The notes under the pieces were generated by a model. That model saw only the letters and a list, made by a program, of their open reading frames with translations. It was not told where the DNA came from and searched no databases. From a bacterium (GTDB taxonomy: Bacteria > UBA8248): a stretch of 64,000 nucleotides of DNA. Positions 37,181 through 46,540 of this stretch are shown here, in pieces (the stretch's first letter is position 1; every line of letters starts with the position of its first letter). The stretch covers positions 2,400,001 through 2,464,000 of the forward strand of contig OZ241875.1 of NCBI GenBank assembly GCA_965203325.1, in the 5' to 3' direction. Made by a program: the position numbers and the translations under genes.

Positions 37181-38830
37181 CTAGTCTTCCTTGCTCCTCG
37201 AACCGAGTTCCGCGAGACATGCGCCGACGAGCGCGGCGCTCGTCGTGGCTTCCGCCGTGATGATCCTCGTGGCGCCGGCGGCCCGCAACGCGTTCTCGTC
37301 GATGTCGTAGAGGGCTCGCGCGATGACGGGCGTGTCGGGCGCCGTCCGGCGAATCGCAGCGACGGCAAGCTCGGTGGCCCGGGTGTCGTTGATGGACACC
37401 ACCACGAGACGGGCATGCCGGCAGCCGAGTTCCTCCAGCACTTCCTTCCGGGTGGCGTCTCCGAACACGGCCTTGTCTCCGGCCGCTTTCGCCGTGCGGA
37501 CGTTGTCGACGTTCACGTCGACCGCGATGCAGGCGAACCCCGCGTCCCGCGCGGCCCGGCAAATTTCCCGGCCCGCACGGCCGTATCCGGCGACGATGAC
37601 GTGGTCGCTATGCGGTTCGTGAGCGTCGATTCCGGGAGGCTCCGCATCCAATATCCGGTTCAGCCAGGCGACCCGGCCCGCGCCGAGAGCCAGGTGGGGG
37701 CCGAATGCGATAACCATCGGCGTGAGCAGCATGGACAGGATAATGGCTACCAGCAGATTGTGGGACAGGCCCGCTTCCAGGAGGCCGGTTCCCGAAGCGG
37801 CTTTCAGGAGCACGAACGAGAACTCGCCGATTTGACACAAAGTCGCCGCCGAGAGGATGGCCACGCGAAGCGGCAGACGCAGAACCAATCCCGTTGCGAG
37901 CATGATCGCGAATTTACCGGCGAGGATGAGGCCGAGAAGCCCGAGCGTCGACGCCAGGTGCTCGAACACGTCCGACACGTCCAGCAGCATGCCGACGGAA
38001 ACGAAGAATACGCCCGCGAATACTTCCCGCACGGGGATCAGATCCGACGTCGCCTGGTGGCGGAACTCGCTTCCGGCGACGATCAGGCCCGCCAGGAACG
38101 CCCCGAGGGCCAGCGATATCCCCGCCTGCGAGAGGCCCCATGTGATGCCGAAGCACGCCAGAAAGACGGCCAGAACGAAGAGTTCCCTCTCTTTCGTCTC
38201 GGCTACGAATGAGAGCAGGTACGGGATGACGCGCCCGGCCGCAACCAGAACGCCCGCCAGGATGGCGAGACCGGTCGCGGCCGCGAGCGCGATTTCCCGC
38301 GCCGAACTCTCTTGTCCGGCCAGTACGGGCACCACCAGGAGCATGGGAACCACGCACAAGTCCTGGAAGAGAAGTATGCCGACGGCCAGACGACCGTGCG
38401 GCGCATCCAGTTCGCCCCGCGAGGAAAGGCCTCGCAAAACGACGGCGGTGCTCGATACGGCGACCACGCAGCCCAGAAACACCGCAGAGCCCGTTGCGAG
38501 TCCGAACCAGTTGGCCAGGGCTGCGGCGCATGCGACCGTGGCCGCCACTTGAATGCTCCCGCCCAGAAGGATGACTTTCCAAAGGCGCCGCAGATGTTCG
38601 AGTGAGAGTTCCAGGCCGATTCCGAAGAGAAGGAGGACGATGCCGATTTCGGCCAACACCTCGACCTGATGGGTATCGTCCACGAGACTCAATGCCGTGG
38701 GTCCGGCCAGGGCGCCTGCGAGGATGAATCCGGCGATCGACGGGACCCCCAGGCGGCGCAACAGCGTTGCGACCACGACCGCCGAGCCGAGTACGATGAT
38801 GATATCCCAGAGATACTCGATTTCAGGCAA
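37181..38830 (-). CDS. CPA2 cation:proton antiporter with C-terminal TrkA-N/KTN domain (KefC-like)
   Basis: 'AEIGIVLLLFGIGLE', 'SSTAVV', 'LFQD', 'ALGAFLAG', 'QIGEFSFV', 'VAGYGRAG', 'FGDAT'; TTG start chosen after GGAG. Confidence 0.92.
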   Translation of the reverse strand: MPEIEYLWDIIIVLGSAVVVATLLRRLGVPSIAGFILAGALAGPTALSLVDDTHQVEVLAEIGIVLLLFGIGLELSLEHLRRLWKVILLGGSIQVAATVACAAALANWFGLATGSAVFLGCVVAVSSTAVVLRGLSSRGELDAPHGRLAVGILLFQDLCVVPMLLVVPVLAGQESSAREIALAAATGLAILAGVLVAAGRVIPYLLSFVAETKERELFVLAVFLACFGITWGLSQAGISLALGAFLAGLIVAGSEFRHQATSDLIPVREVFAGVFFVSVGMLLDVSDVFEHLASTLGLLGLILAGKFAIMLATGLVLRLPLRVAILSAATLCQIGEFSFVLLKAASGTGLLEAGLSHNLLVAIILSMLLTPMVIAFGPHLALGAGRVAWLNRILDAEPPGIDAHEPHSDHVIVAGYGRAGREICRAARDAGFACIAVDVNVDNVRTAKAAGDKAVFGDATRKEVLEELGCRHARLVVVSINDTRATELAVAAIRRTAPDTPVIARALYDIDENALRAAGATRIITAEATTSAALVGACLAELGSRSKED

Positions 38831-39084
38831 GCGACTTCGTCTCCACGGCGGGGCGGCGCATTCCGGGGGGCACCTTTCGGCTCCGAGAGCGAATCCGGCC
38901 GGCTGGTGAGCGAACGACGAAAAACAGCTTATCACATCCGTAAACGAACTGCTCCGCGCCGGATGCGGAGGCGATGCGCCGCACGCCGGGAGAGGCTTTT
39001 TGACTCTCTCTTCGGTCGGGTCAAACCTTCGATACAAACGCTTCTTCATTGGGGCTGTTGAAAGAGCTCTGCAATTCCGCGATT

Positions 39085-39443
39085 GCCGTCATTCCGGCGA
39101 ATGCCGGAATCCATTTTTACGCCTTTTGCCTTTCACCCGGATTCCCGCGCATCGGCGGGGAATGAAACGCCGTCGTGTATTCACCCGCACCCACAAATGG
39201 ATTCCGGCATTCGCCGGAATGACGGCTGTAGGGGCGGTTCGCGAACTGTGAGACTACCCCTCATCAGTCGCGTTTGACCTGCGCACCTACTCGGGATGAG
39301 ATTTTGTGGCAGGCTGCGTGGTGGAAAGAGGAACTGCCGGAATGACGAACGAAACCGAACCGCCTCGCAGGGACAGGTCGCGACCTTGTCCCTACAAAAA
39401 ACGTATTTTCTCCCCGTAGGGGCCGTTCTCGAACGGCCCCTAC
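39085..39443. repeat. REP/REPIN cluster: CGTC-family 32-bp inverted pair plus GTAG-family palindromes
   Basis: GCCGTCATTCCGGCGAATGCCGGAATCCATTT (39085-39116) and its exact reverse complement (39195-39226); GCAGGGACAGGTCGCGACCTTGTCCCTAC (39367-39395); GTAGGGGCCGTTC-TC-GAACGGCCCCTAC (39416-39443). Confidence 0.85.
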
Positions 39444-39451
39444 AGACTATA

Positions 39452-42400
39452 CTACCAGCGCATCGTCCCGCGAAGGGCCACGCCGTGGACGGGGTCGGCG
39501 TTCACGCGCTCGAGCACGTCGCCCTCCAGGCTCATGCTCAGGCGCTCGCCCATCCTGAAGCGACCGCCCAGGCGGTAGGCCCCGTTTCCGCTATCCGACA
39601 CCGAGAGGCCGGCGTAGGGCGTGAGCAGGCCGCCCCAGGCGTCCAGTCCATAGCCCACCTCCGCGCGCACGCGGGGGTCCAGGTCCTCGATTTCCTCCCG
39701 CGCCAGACGCGAGGCGTCCTTGATACCCCACAGACGCGCCGCGCCGCCCGCCGTCTCGCCCACTTCGGGCCGCACCGTGAGGGCGAGACCGCGGCCTTCC
39801 TTGCCGGGGGCGATGCGGATCATGCCGCCCACGCCCCAGTCGGCCACGTCTTTTTCCTCGTGCGTGACGAGTCCCCGCGCATTCAGCTCGAACGTCAGGC
39901 CCATGGAAGGACTCGTGAAGCGCAGTCTGCCGCCCACCTCCACGCCCAGCCCCTCGTCCACGTCGCCGCCGTCGTGGCGCAGCCCCGCCTCCACCGAAGG
40001 CCGGAACGTCCCGCCGCCTTCCATGGCGACCTTGCGCGAGGCTTCCAGCATCACCCGCAGGCGGCTCGACTCCGCCGAGATGGATTCGAGTCCGTCCTTC
40101 GCGTCCGAGTCCATTTGCGTGAGGAGGACGTCGGACTTCACCGCCAGGTCGAACCCGCCCACCTTCGTGAGCGCGCCGCGAACCCCGAACGCGCCCATGC
40201 GCATCTCGATGTCGGTTTCGTGCTTCTGATCACTCTCATCGAGCGTCATCTCGCCCTGGCCCATGCCCAGGATTCCCCACAAGGAGAGCCGCTCGCTCGC
40301 CTCATAGCGGAGGTAGGGGTGCACGCTCGTGAGCGTCGCCTCAAGCTCGCTCCGGCCCCCGTTCTCGAAGCCGCCGTCGCCGCTGGCGCGCGATAGCGCC
40401 ACGCCCGTGAGGAGCTTGCCCTTCTCGTAGTCCACGCCCAGCATGGCCGTTGTCACGTCGCCTTCGATGGCAGCTTCCCCTCCACCTTCGAAGCTCGTCC
40501 GCGCGCCGCGGCCCCAGATCGACCATCGGCTGCCCGCCGCCTCCGCGGCCTCCTTAGCTGAAGCCAAGTGGAACGAAGCGCCCGAGAGTAGCTGGCTCAT
40601 CGTCATCTCGCGGTAGACCCCCGGGGAATCCTCCTCCCCATTGGCCGGCCGGTTCGTGAGTATCGGGCGCGAGAGGCCGCGGGCGCCGATTCCATCATGC
40701 GCGAGCGAGGCGAACCCGAAGCCCGCGCCTTCTCTCGTCAGGTAGCGCTCCGGATCCGCATCCAGCTTCACCGTCTGGCCGCCCAGCGTCATCTTCGCCC
40801 CGCTCGGAGCGGGCGCGTTCAGGCGGCTCGATATCATCTCCACCGCCCGGCTTCCCACCGCGCGGCCGAAGCGCGCGAGCCAGCCCCTCGTCGCCGCCAC
40901 GCTCCGCTCCGACACCGCGCCCTCTTCCCCGTAGATGCCGGCGCCGAAGATGAGCGGGTATTCGAACGTGGTCCCGTCCGCCAGCGTGCTGCTAAAGACG
41001 TGCTGGCGCGCGTAGGTCACCTTGAGTGTGTTGAAATCGTCGTTCGGGTCATCCGGGTTGTCGAAATAATACTGGACAAAACCGCCGTCCTCGCTGCTTG
41101 TCGCTGTCCGGATGATCTGCGGCAGAATGAGTCGTCCGGTGACTTCGTCTCTCAGGGTGTCCGTGGGCCTCCGGAATTCGAATCTGTCGGGGAACGCGCC
41201 GTGAAAGATCGTGTAGCCGGTGGGTTCCATGATGAAGAGATAGACGGGGCCGTGCCTCCAGGGACCGTTCGGATCCCGCAAGACGCTCTTTACCTGCGTA
41301 AAAGCGGCGCGGCCTTCTGAGCGGAAAGTGCTCAGGACGTAATCCGTCGCCTCCTTAACGAAAGTCTTTAAGGTGTCGCGGTCCACCACCTCGTCGGCCC
41401 TTACTGTCGGGTCGCCAGGGTCGATGGTCTCCGTGTCGAGATGGGGTTCCCCGATATCGAGACCGGCGACGAGGATGAGCGGGCTGCCTCCTTCGCGCCT
41501 GAACCCGACGGCGTAGCCGCCGCCGATTTGCGCCGGTAATGCGCCGCCGTTCGGGTTCCCGAAGGCGCCTGTCGTGCGCAATGCGGCAGCGCCCGTCGCG
41601 GCGGCGATCGCCGCCCAAACGGGACGCTTGAGCGGCCTGCCGCCCAAAGCCGCCTTCGCCGCGTGAAAGAACACCCTTCCCTCGGTATTTATCGTGACGA
41701 GATAGGTGTCGCCGGACTTCCAGGGCCCATCCTGCCTGATGACGCAGGCGTTGTGCGCCAGTTCCGGCCCTCTCTCGACGCTCTCCATGTATCGCTTCGC
41801 CGCCAGGGCGAAATCGCTCAAATCGGCGGAACCCGCCTCCACCTGTTCCGCCGTAATGCTCGGGGTGGCGAGCGGATTCGCCGTGACGCCCGCCGGGAGC
41901 GGGCAGACGTCCTCCGCCACTGCGCTGGAGTCCCCGTAGATGCCAGCGCCGAAGATGAGCGGGTATTCGAACGTGGTTCCGTCCGCCAGCGTGCTGCTAA
42001 AGACGTGCTGGCGCGCGTAGGTCACCTTGAGTGTGTTGAAATCGTCGTTCGGGTCATCCGGGTTGTCGAAATAATACTGGACAAAACCGCCGTCCTCGCT
42101 GCTTGTCGCTGTCCGGATGATCTGCGGCAGAATGAGTCGTCCGGTGACTTCGTCTCTCAGGGTGTCCGTGGGCCTCCGGAATTCGAATCTGTCGGGGAAC
42201 GCGCCGTGAAAGATCGTGTAGCCGGTGGGTTCCATGATGAAGAGATAGACGGGGCCGTGCCTCCAGGGACCGTTCGGATCCCGCAAGACGCTCTTTACCT
42301 GCGTAAAAGCGGCGCGGCCTTCTGAGCGGAAAGTGCTCAGGACGTAATCCGTCGCCTCCTTCACGAAGGTCTTTAAGGTGTCGCGGTCCACCACCTGGTC

Positions 42401-44062
42401 GGCCCTTACTGTCGGGTCGCCCGGGTCGATGGTCTCCGTGTCGAGGTGCGCTTCCCCGATGTCGAGTCCGGCGACCAGTATGAGCGGATTCCCCCCGGTG
42501 CGCGTGAAGCCGACTGCGTAGCCGCCGCCGATTTGCGCCGGTAATGCGCCGCCGTTCGGGTTCCCGAAGGCGCCTGTCGTGCGCAATGCGGCAGCGCCCG
42601 TCGCGGCGGCGATCGCCGCCCAAACGGGACGCTTGAGCGGCCTGCCGCCCAACACTGCGCTTTTCGAGTGGAAGAACACCCTTCCCTCTGTATTTATCGT
42701 GACGAGATAGGTGTCGCCGGACTTCCAGGGCCCATCCTGCCTGACGACGCAGGCGTTGTGCGCCAGTTCCGGCCCTCTCTCGACGCTCTCCATGTATCGC
42801 TTCGCCGCCAGGGCGAAATCGCTCAAATCGGCGGAGCCCGCCTCCACCTGTTCCGCCGTAATGCTCGGGGTGGCGAGCGGATTCGCCGTGACGCCCGCCG
42901 GGAGCGGGCAGACGTCCTCCGCCACTGCGCTGGAGTCCCCGTAGATGCCCGAGCCGATGATGATTACGGACGTGAACACCGATCCGTCCGGCCGCGGGAC
43001 TCGCACCTCGACCTCGCGCGCGTAGGTCACCTTGAGGGTGTTGAAGTCGTCGTTCGGGTCGCTGGGATCGTCGAAATAATATGAGACGTAATCGCCCGCT
43101 TCCCCCGCCCGCGTCGCCGCCTGGATGATCTGCGGCAGAATGAGCCGCCCGGTGCGTTCGTCCCTGAGGGTCTTCGTGGGGATCTGAAGCTCGAATCTGT
43201 CCGGAAACGCTCCGTGGAAGAGCGTGTAGCCGGTGCGGTCCATGGTGAAGAGATAGGTGGGGCCATTCCTCCAGGGCCCGTTCGGATCCCGGAAGGCGAC
43301 CCTGATTTTCGAGTTGGCGGATAAGTCTCCGCTCTCGCCGAGTCTCTTCACGAAATCCGCTGCTTCATCGACGAATTGTTTCAAGGTTGCGCGGTCGGTG
43401 ACCTGGGCCGCCGTTATCGAGGGCATGCCGGGGTCGGCGGCTTCCGGAACGAAATGAGATTCCTGAATGTCGAAGCCGGCCAAAAGGATGAGGGGAGTTC
43501 GGGTGATGCCGGAGAGGTATCCGAAGGCGTAGCCGGCGGCGCCGGAAACGCCCAGTAGACTCGCATCGAACGCGCCGCCCTGGGGGTTCGGGAAGGTTCC
43601 CGTCGCCAACACGTTTCCGAGACCGGCTTGTATGGTGGCCGGGCTGGTGGCATCGATTCCCAGCGCGTGGAGGATCGCTCCGAAAATCCGCGGATCGAGC
43701 GGTTGGCCCCCCGTCGACATGTCCTTCGCGTTGATGAACACTCTCCCGTCGAGCGTCAGGGTGACGATATAGGTGTCTCCGGAAAAATACGGCCCCCCTC
43801 TGAGTCTGGTGAGACAAGCGAGGTACGCCGCCTCGTCCAGGTTGCTCCCGACTTGAGTGGTGGCGTTTGCCGCCGCCAGGACGAAATCCCGCAAGCTGCC
43901 GCGGCCCGCTTCCACGTCGGCCGCCGTCACGGCGGGAGGCGGGAGTTCCGCAACGCCGGGCGCGCGCGGGCACTCCTGCGCGAAGGCGGCGGGCGCGGCG
44001 GCCAATGCGCCGGCCAGGGTCAGGACGAGCCAAAAGAAAAATAACGGTTTCAGGGTCCTCAT
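39452..44062 (-). CDS. Secreted multi-Cache-domain protein with C-terminal autotransporter-like beta-barrel
   Basis: Signal peptide; three ~335-aa repeats with Cache motifs ('GPWRHGPVYLF', 'GYTIFHG', 'GGFVQYYFDNP', 'KVTYAR', 'GAGIY'); linker 'WLARFGR'; amphipathic beta-strand C-terminus ending in Trp; GAGGAG SD before ATG 44062. Confidence 0.85.
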   Translation of the reverse strand: MRTLKPLFFFWLVLTLAGALAAAPAAFAQECPRAPGVAELPPPAVTAADVEAGRGSLRDFVLAAANATTQVGSNLDEAAYLACLTRLRGGPYFSGDTYIVTLTLDGRVFINAKDMSTGGQPLDPRIFGAILHALGIDATSPATIQAGLGNVLATGTFPNPQGGAFDASLLGVSGAAGYAFGYLSGITRTPLILLAGFDIQESHFVPEAADPGMPSITAAQVTDRATLKQFVDEAADFVKRLGESGDLSANSKIRVAFRDPNGPWRNGPTYLFTMDRTGYTLFHGAFPDRFELQIPTKTLRDERTGRLILPQIIQAATRAGEAGDYVSYYFDDPSDPNDDFNTLKVTYAREVEVRVPRPDGSVFTSVIIIGSGIYGDSSAVAEDVCPLPAGVTANPLATPSITAEQVEAGSADLSDFALAAKRYMESVERGPELAHNACVVRQDGPWKSGDTYLVTINTEGRVFFHSKSAVLGGRPLKRPVWAAIAAATGAAALRTTGAFGNPNGGALPAQIGGGYAVGFTRTGGNPLILVAGLDIGEAHLDTETIDPGDPTVRADQVVDRDTLKTFVKEATDYVLSTFRSEGRAAFTQVKSVLRDPNGPWRHGPVYLFIMEPTGYTIFHGAFPDRFEFRRPTDTLRDEVTGRLILPQIIRTATSSEDGGFVQYYFDNPDDPNDDFNTLKVTYARQHVFSSTLADGTTFEYPLIFGAGIYGDSSAVAEDVCPLPAGVTANPLATPSITAEQVEAGSADLSDFALAAKRYMESVERGPELAHNACVIRQDGPWKSGDTYLVTINTEGRVFFHAAKAALGGRPLKRPVWAAIAAATGAAALRTTGAFGNPNGGALPAQIGGGYAVGFRREGGSPLILVAGLDIGEPHLDTETIDPGDPTVRADEVVDRDTLKTFVKEATDYVLSTFRSEGRAAFTQVKSVLRDPNGPWRHGPVYLFIMEPTGYTIFHGAFPDRFEFRRPTDTLRDEVTGRLILPQIIRTATSSEDGGFVQYYFDNPDDPNDDFNTLKVTYARQHVFSSTLADGTTFEYPLIFGAGIYGEEGAVSERSVAATRGWLARFGRAVGSRAVEMISSRLNAPAPSGAKMTLGGQTVKLDADPERYLTREGAGFGFASLAHDGIGARGLSRPILTNRPANGEEDSPGVYREMTMSQLLSGASFHLASAKEAAEAAGSRWSIWGRGARTSFEGGGEAAIEGDVTTAMLGVDYEKGKLLTGVALSRASGDGGFENGGRSELEATLTSVHPYLRYEASERLSLWGILGMGQGEMTLDESDQKHETDIEMRMGAFGVRGALTKVGGFDLAVKSDVLLTQMDSDAKDGLESISAESSRLRVMLEASRKVAMEGGGTFRPSVEAGLRHDGGDVDEGLGVEVGGRLRFTSPSMGLTFELNARGLVTHEEKDVADWGVGGMIRIAPGKEGRGLALTVRPEVGETAGGAARLWGIKDASRLAREEIEDLDPRVRAEVGYGLDAWGGLLTPYAGLSVSDSGNGAYRLGGRFRMGERLSMSLEGDVLERVNADPVHGVALRGTMRW
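40931..42940. repeat. Intragenic tandem duplication, period 1005 bp
   Basis: GTAGATGCC recurs at 40931, 41936 and 42941; the two units are near-identical at DNA level. Confidence 0.95.
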
Positions 44063-44190
44063 GGCGTTCTCCTCGTGTCTTGGGCCGTCCGCGCCGGGAA
44101 GCGCGACGGGGCGTTCGTGCGCGCCGACACCCGGCCTCATCGAGGCGTGGACGAGACGCGTTGCTTCGATTCCGATACGGCGAAGCGGGC

Positions 44191-44206
44191 GTGAAAATGT
44201 CGTGAA
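44191..44206 (-). promoter_or_regulatory. TTCAC-N6-TTCAC direct repeat (OmpR/PhoB-type box candidate) upstream of the Cache autotransporter
   Basis: Plus strand GTGAA at 44191 and 44202 (11-bp period), about 130 nt upstream of the start codon. Confidence 0.3.
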
Positions 44207-44386
44207 TACTCTTTATGCGTTTAGATTACGATATGCAGCGCGGGGGAGCAAGATTATTCAGGGGGAGATGGCGGAAATCCGGTGATGCGGCGCGCGCGAA
44301 TACGAATGGGCGCGAGATGTCCGGTGGAATGGTTGCCATTCTTCATGCCGCGCATTTTCCCGCATTTGGCGTTATCGGGTTTTTCG

Positions 44387-44617
44387 CGGGGCGGGAGAGA
44401 ATCCTTCGTGGAAAAACAATCCCGCTCGGGGGATTGCCGCGCTTGCCGGCGCGAAGAGGGGAGAAATGACTCGGACGATTCGGCTTCAGGAGGCGCGATT
44501 GCGCCTTTATCAGACGCGTCAATCGCTCCTTCATCCGTCGCGATTGATTCCATATTGGCCGGCAAACCCTCCCTGCGAGCCGTCTTTCACTCCTCGTTCG
44601 CCGGCTCTCCCGCCCCG
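44387..44617. ncRNA. 231-nt rod-like fold-back element (ncRNA or MITE-like)
   Basis: 13-bp terminal inverted repeat CGGGGCGGGAGAG/CTCTCCCGCCCCG with several nested internal stems. Confidence 0.3.
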
Positions 44618-44747
44618 TCATGGGCCGTTGGGGAAATACTGAAAAATACGATAAAATCAGATAAATTCACGGGGTTTTTCGATAAATAAACGAAAATAAA
44701 ATCGGGAGATCGACCGCAAAACGCAAGTATTTACAATGACTTGAAAA

Positions 44748-45170
44748 TCAGGTCGGCTCGGGCAGCCGCCAGATGCGCGCAGAAGCCAATTCCACGCTGT
44801 TCCCCGCCGGGTCCCTGAAATAGATGGAGCGTCCGCCGCCGGGCCAGTCGACCTCCTGCTCGATGTCCACCCCTTGTTCCGCCAGCCGCTCCCGCCAGGC
44901 GGCCATCTCGGCCTCGCGTATGGAGAAAGTCACGTGCCCCGGCCCCGCCGCGCCGTGCGTCGGCACGCCGAGCTTCACGTCGGGTCTAGTGGTCGCTTCG
45001 GGGTTGAAGACGAGGAAAACCGCATGCGGCCCGCAGCGAAAGAAAACGTGGCGGCCGGGCGCTTTCTGGAAGGCTTCGAGGCCCAGAACGGAGCGGTAGA
45101 ACGCCTCCGCCGCTTCGAGATCTTCAGCGTAGATGCACGTTTCCAGGACGCCAGCGACTTCGAGGCTCAA
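44748..45170 (-). CDS. VOC/glyoxalase family protein
   Basis: 'LETCIYAEDLEAAEAFY..VLGL', 'HGAAGPGHVTF', 'SIYFRDPAGNSVEL'; TTG start chosen next to the upstream stop. Confidence 0.9.
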   Translation of the reverse strand: MSLEVAGVLETCIYAEDLEAAEAFYRSVLGLEAFQKAPGRHVFFRCGPHAVFLVFNPEATTRPDVKLGVPTHGAAGPGHVTFSIREAEMAAWRERLAEQGVDIEQEVDWPGGGRSIYFRDPAGNSVELASARIWRLPEPT

Positions 45171-45171
45171 C

Positions 45172-45948
45172 TCATCTGCCCTTCCATTCGGGTTTTCTCT
45201 TCTCAAGAAAAGCGCGCAGACCCTCCGCCTTGTCCTCGGTTTCGCAAAGCGCTCCCTGGGCGAATTTCTCGAGCGCCAGACCAGCCGTCATGCTGCCCTC
45301 CATGCCGTAGTGCACCATGGCCTTCATGAACTGCGGCACGAAAGGCGCATAGGCCGCCAGTTTATCGGCCATCTTCTTCACGGTGGGCATGAGCTCTTCC
45401 GCCTCGACCAGCCGTGTGATGAGGCCGATCTCCAGCGCCCGCTCGGCGTCGATAGTCTCCCCCATCAGGAGCATTTCCATCGCCCAGGCGCGCCCGATGA
45501 GGCGGGGCAGGCGCTGCGTGGCGCCGCCGCCCGGGATGATGCCGATTCTCCCCTCCGGTGTGGCGAATTTCGACTGAGGCGTCGCGACCCGCAAATCACA
45601 GCCGAGCGCCACCTCCAGACCCCCGCCCATGCAGTAGCCGTTGATCGCCGCAATCGTCGCCTTGGGTGTTCTCTCCAGACGCTCCGCCACGCCCTGCACC
45701 AGCGGGGTGAGCGCAATGGCGAGGTTTCGGTGTTCGACTTCCTTGAGATCGGAACCCGAGGCGAACGCCTTCTCTCCCGCCCCGGTGATGACGATGACAC
45801 GGACTGCTTCGTCATCGGCCGCTTCGGCGATGGTGGCGTGGAGATCGTCCAGCGTGGCGAGGGATATGGCATTATGCCGCTCGGGGCGGTTGATGGTGAT
45901 GAGGGCGAGGGGCCCCTCGACTTCATATAATACGTTTTCGTATGGCAT
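45172..45948 (-). CDS. Enoyl-CoA hydratase/isomerase (crotonase family)
   Basis: 'ITINRPE.HNA', 'AFASGSD', 'GGGLE', 'PEGRIGIIPGGGATQRLPR'. Confidence 0.93.
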   Translation of the reverse strand: MPYENVLYEVEGPLALITINRPERHNAISLATLDDLHATIAEAADDEAVRVIVITGAGEKAFASGSDLKEVEHRNLAIALTPLVQGVAERLERTPKATIAAINGYCMGGGLEVALGCDLRVATPQSKFATPEGRIGIIPGGGATQRLPRLIGRAWAMEMLLMGETIDAERALEIGLITRLVEAEELMPTVKKMADKLAAYAPFVPQFMKAMVHYGMEGSMTAGLALEKFAQGALCETEDKAEGLRAFLEKRKPEWKGR

Positions 45949-46012
45949 GGCCGTCCTTTCTCCTGTATGGCTGGGCGGGCATTGTATTTCTCTTTTCGCT
46001 GGAAGGAAAAGC

Positions 46013-46540
46013 ATGTCGCCGAAAAAGGTGAGGGAAGTCACCGAATGCGCGCCTTGGGCGTACGGGCGGTACCGCTATTTTCTCGAGGTGCGGATTGCGG
46101 CGGAGCAGGCGCGGACGCTCACCGTTATCCTCAAGAATCCCTCCACAGCGTCTGCGGAGAGGAGCGATCCCACCGTGGGGAAAGTGGAAGCCTGGGCGCG
46201 CAAGAACGAATATGGCCGTATCAGGTACGTGAACCTCTTCGCGCTGCGCTCCCCTTATCCCGAAGAATTGAATGGCCACCCGTACCGGGTGATGGTGGGG
46301 CGGGATAACGATGCGTGGATTACGCGGAGCCTCGAAGGCGCGGACGTGGTGCTTGTCGCCTGGGGGAATCCGAACGGCGTCGACTCCGAGAAATACGAGA
46401 GGAGAATCGCCGAGGTTTCGCGCCTGTTGGAACGAGTCCGCGTTCGTTCCCTGGGGTCTCCGACCAAGCTCGGGCACCCCCGGCACGGCCTCATGTGGAA
46501 CGGGAAATTAGAATGGAGTGAATGGCCGCCCGCTCTTTAA
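46013..46540 (+). CDS. DUF1643 family protein
   Basis: 'YRY.L', 'NPSTA....DPT', 'NLFALRSP.P', 'VAWG', 'TKLGHPRH'. Confidence 0.85.
   Translation: MSPKKVREVTECAPWAYGRYRYFLEVRIAAEQARTLTVILKNPSTASAERSDPTVGKVEAWARKNEYGRIRYVNLFALRSPYPEELNGHPYRVMVGRDNDAWITRSLEGADVVLVAWGNPNGVDSEKYERRIAEVSRLLERVRVRSLGSPTKLGHPRHGLMWNGKLEWSEWPPAL

Noticed and set aside
38840..39075. Riboswitch or IS end upstream of the CPA2 antiporter
   Set aside because: No c-di-AMP or other aptamer consensus recognisable; GGCTGTTGAAA resembles some IS termini but has no partner repeat or transposase.
15380..39443. Palindromic repeats as a CRISPR array
   Set aside because: No regular repeat-spacer periodicity and no cas genes; the ends match the GTAG/CGTC REP families.
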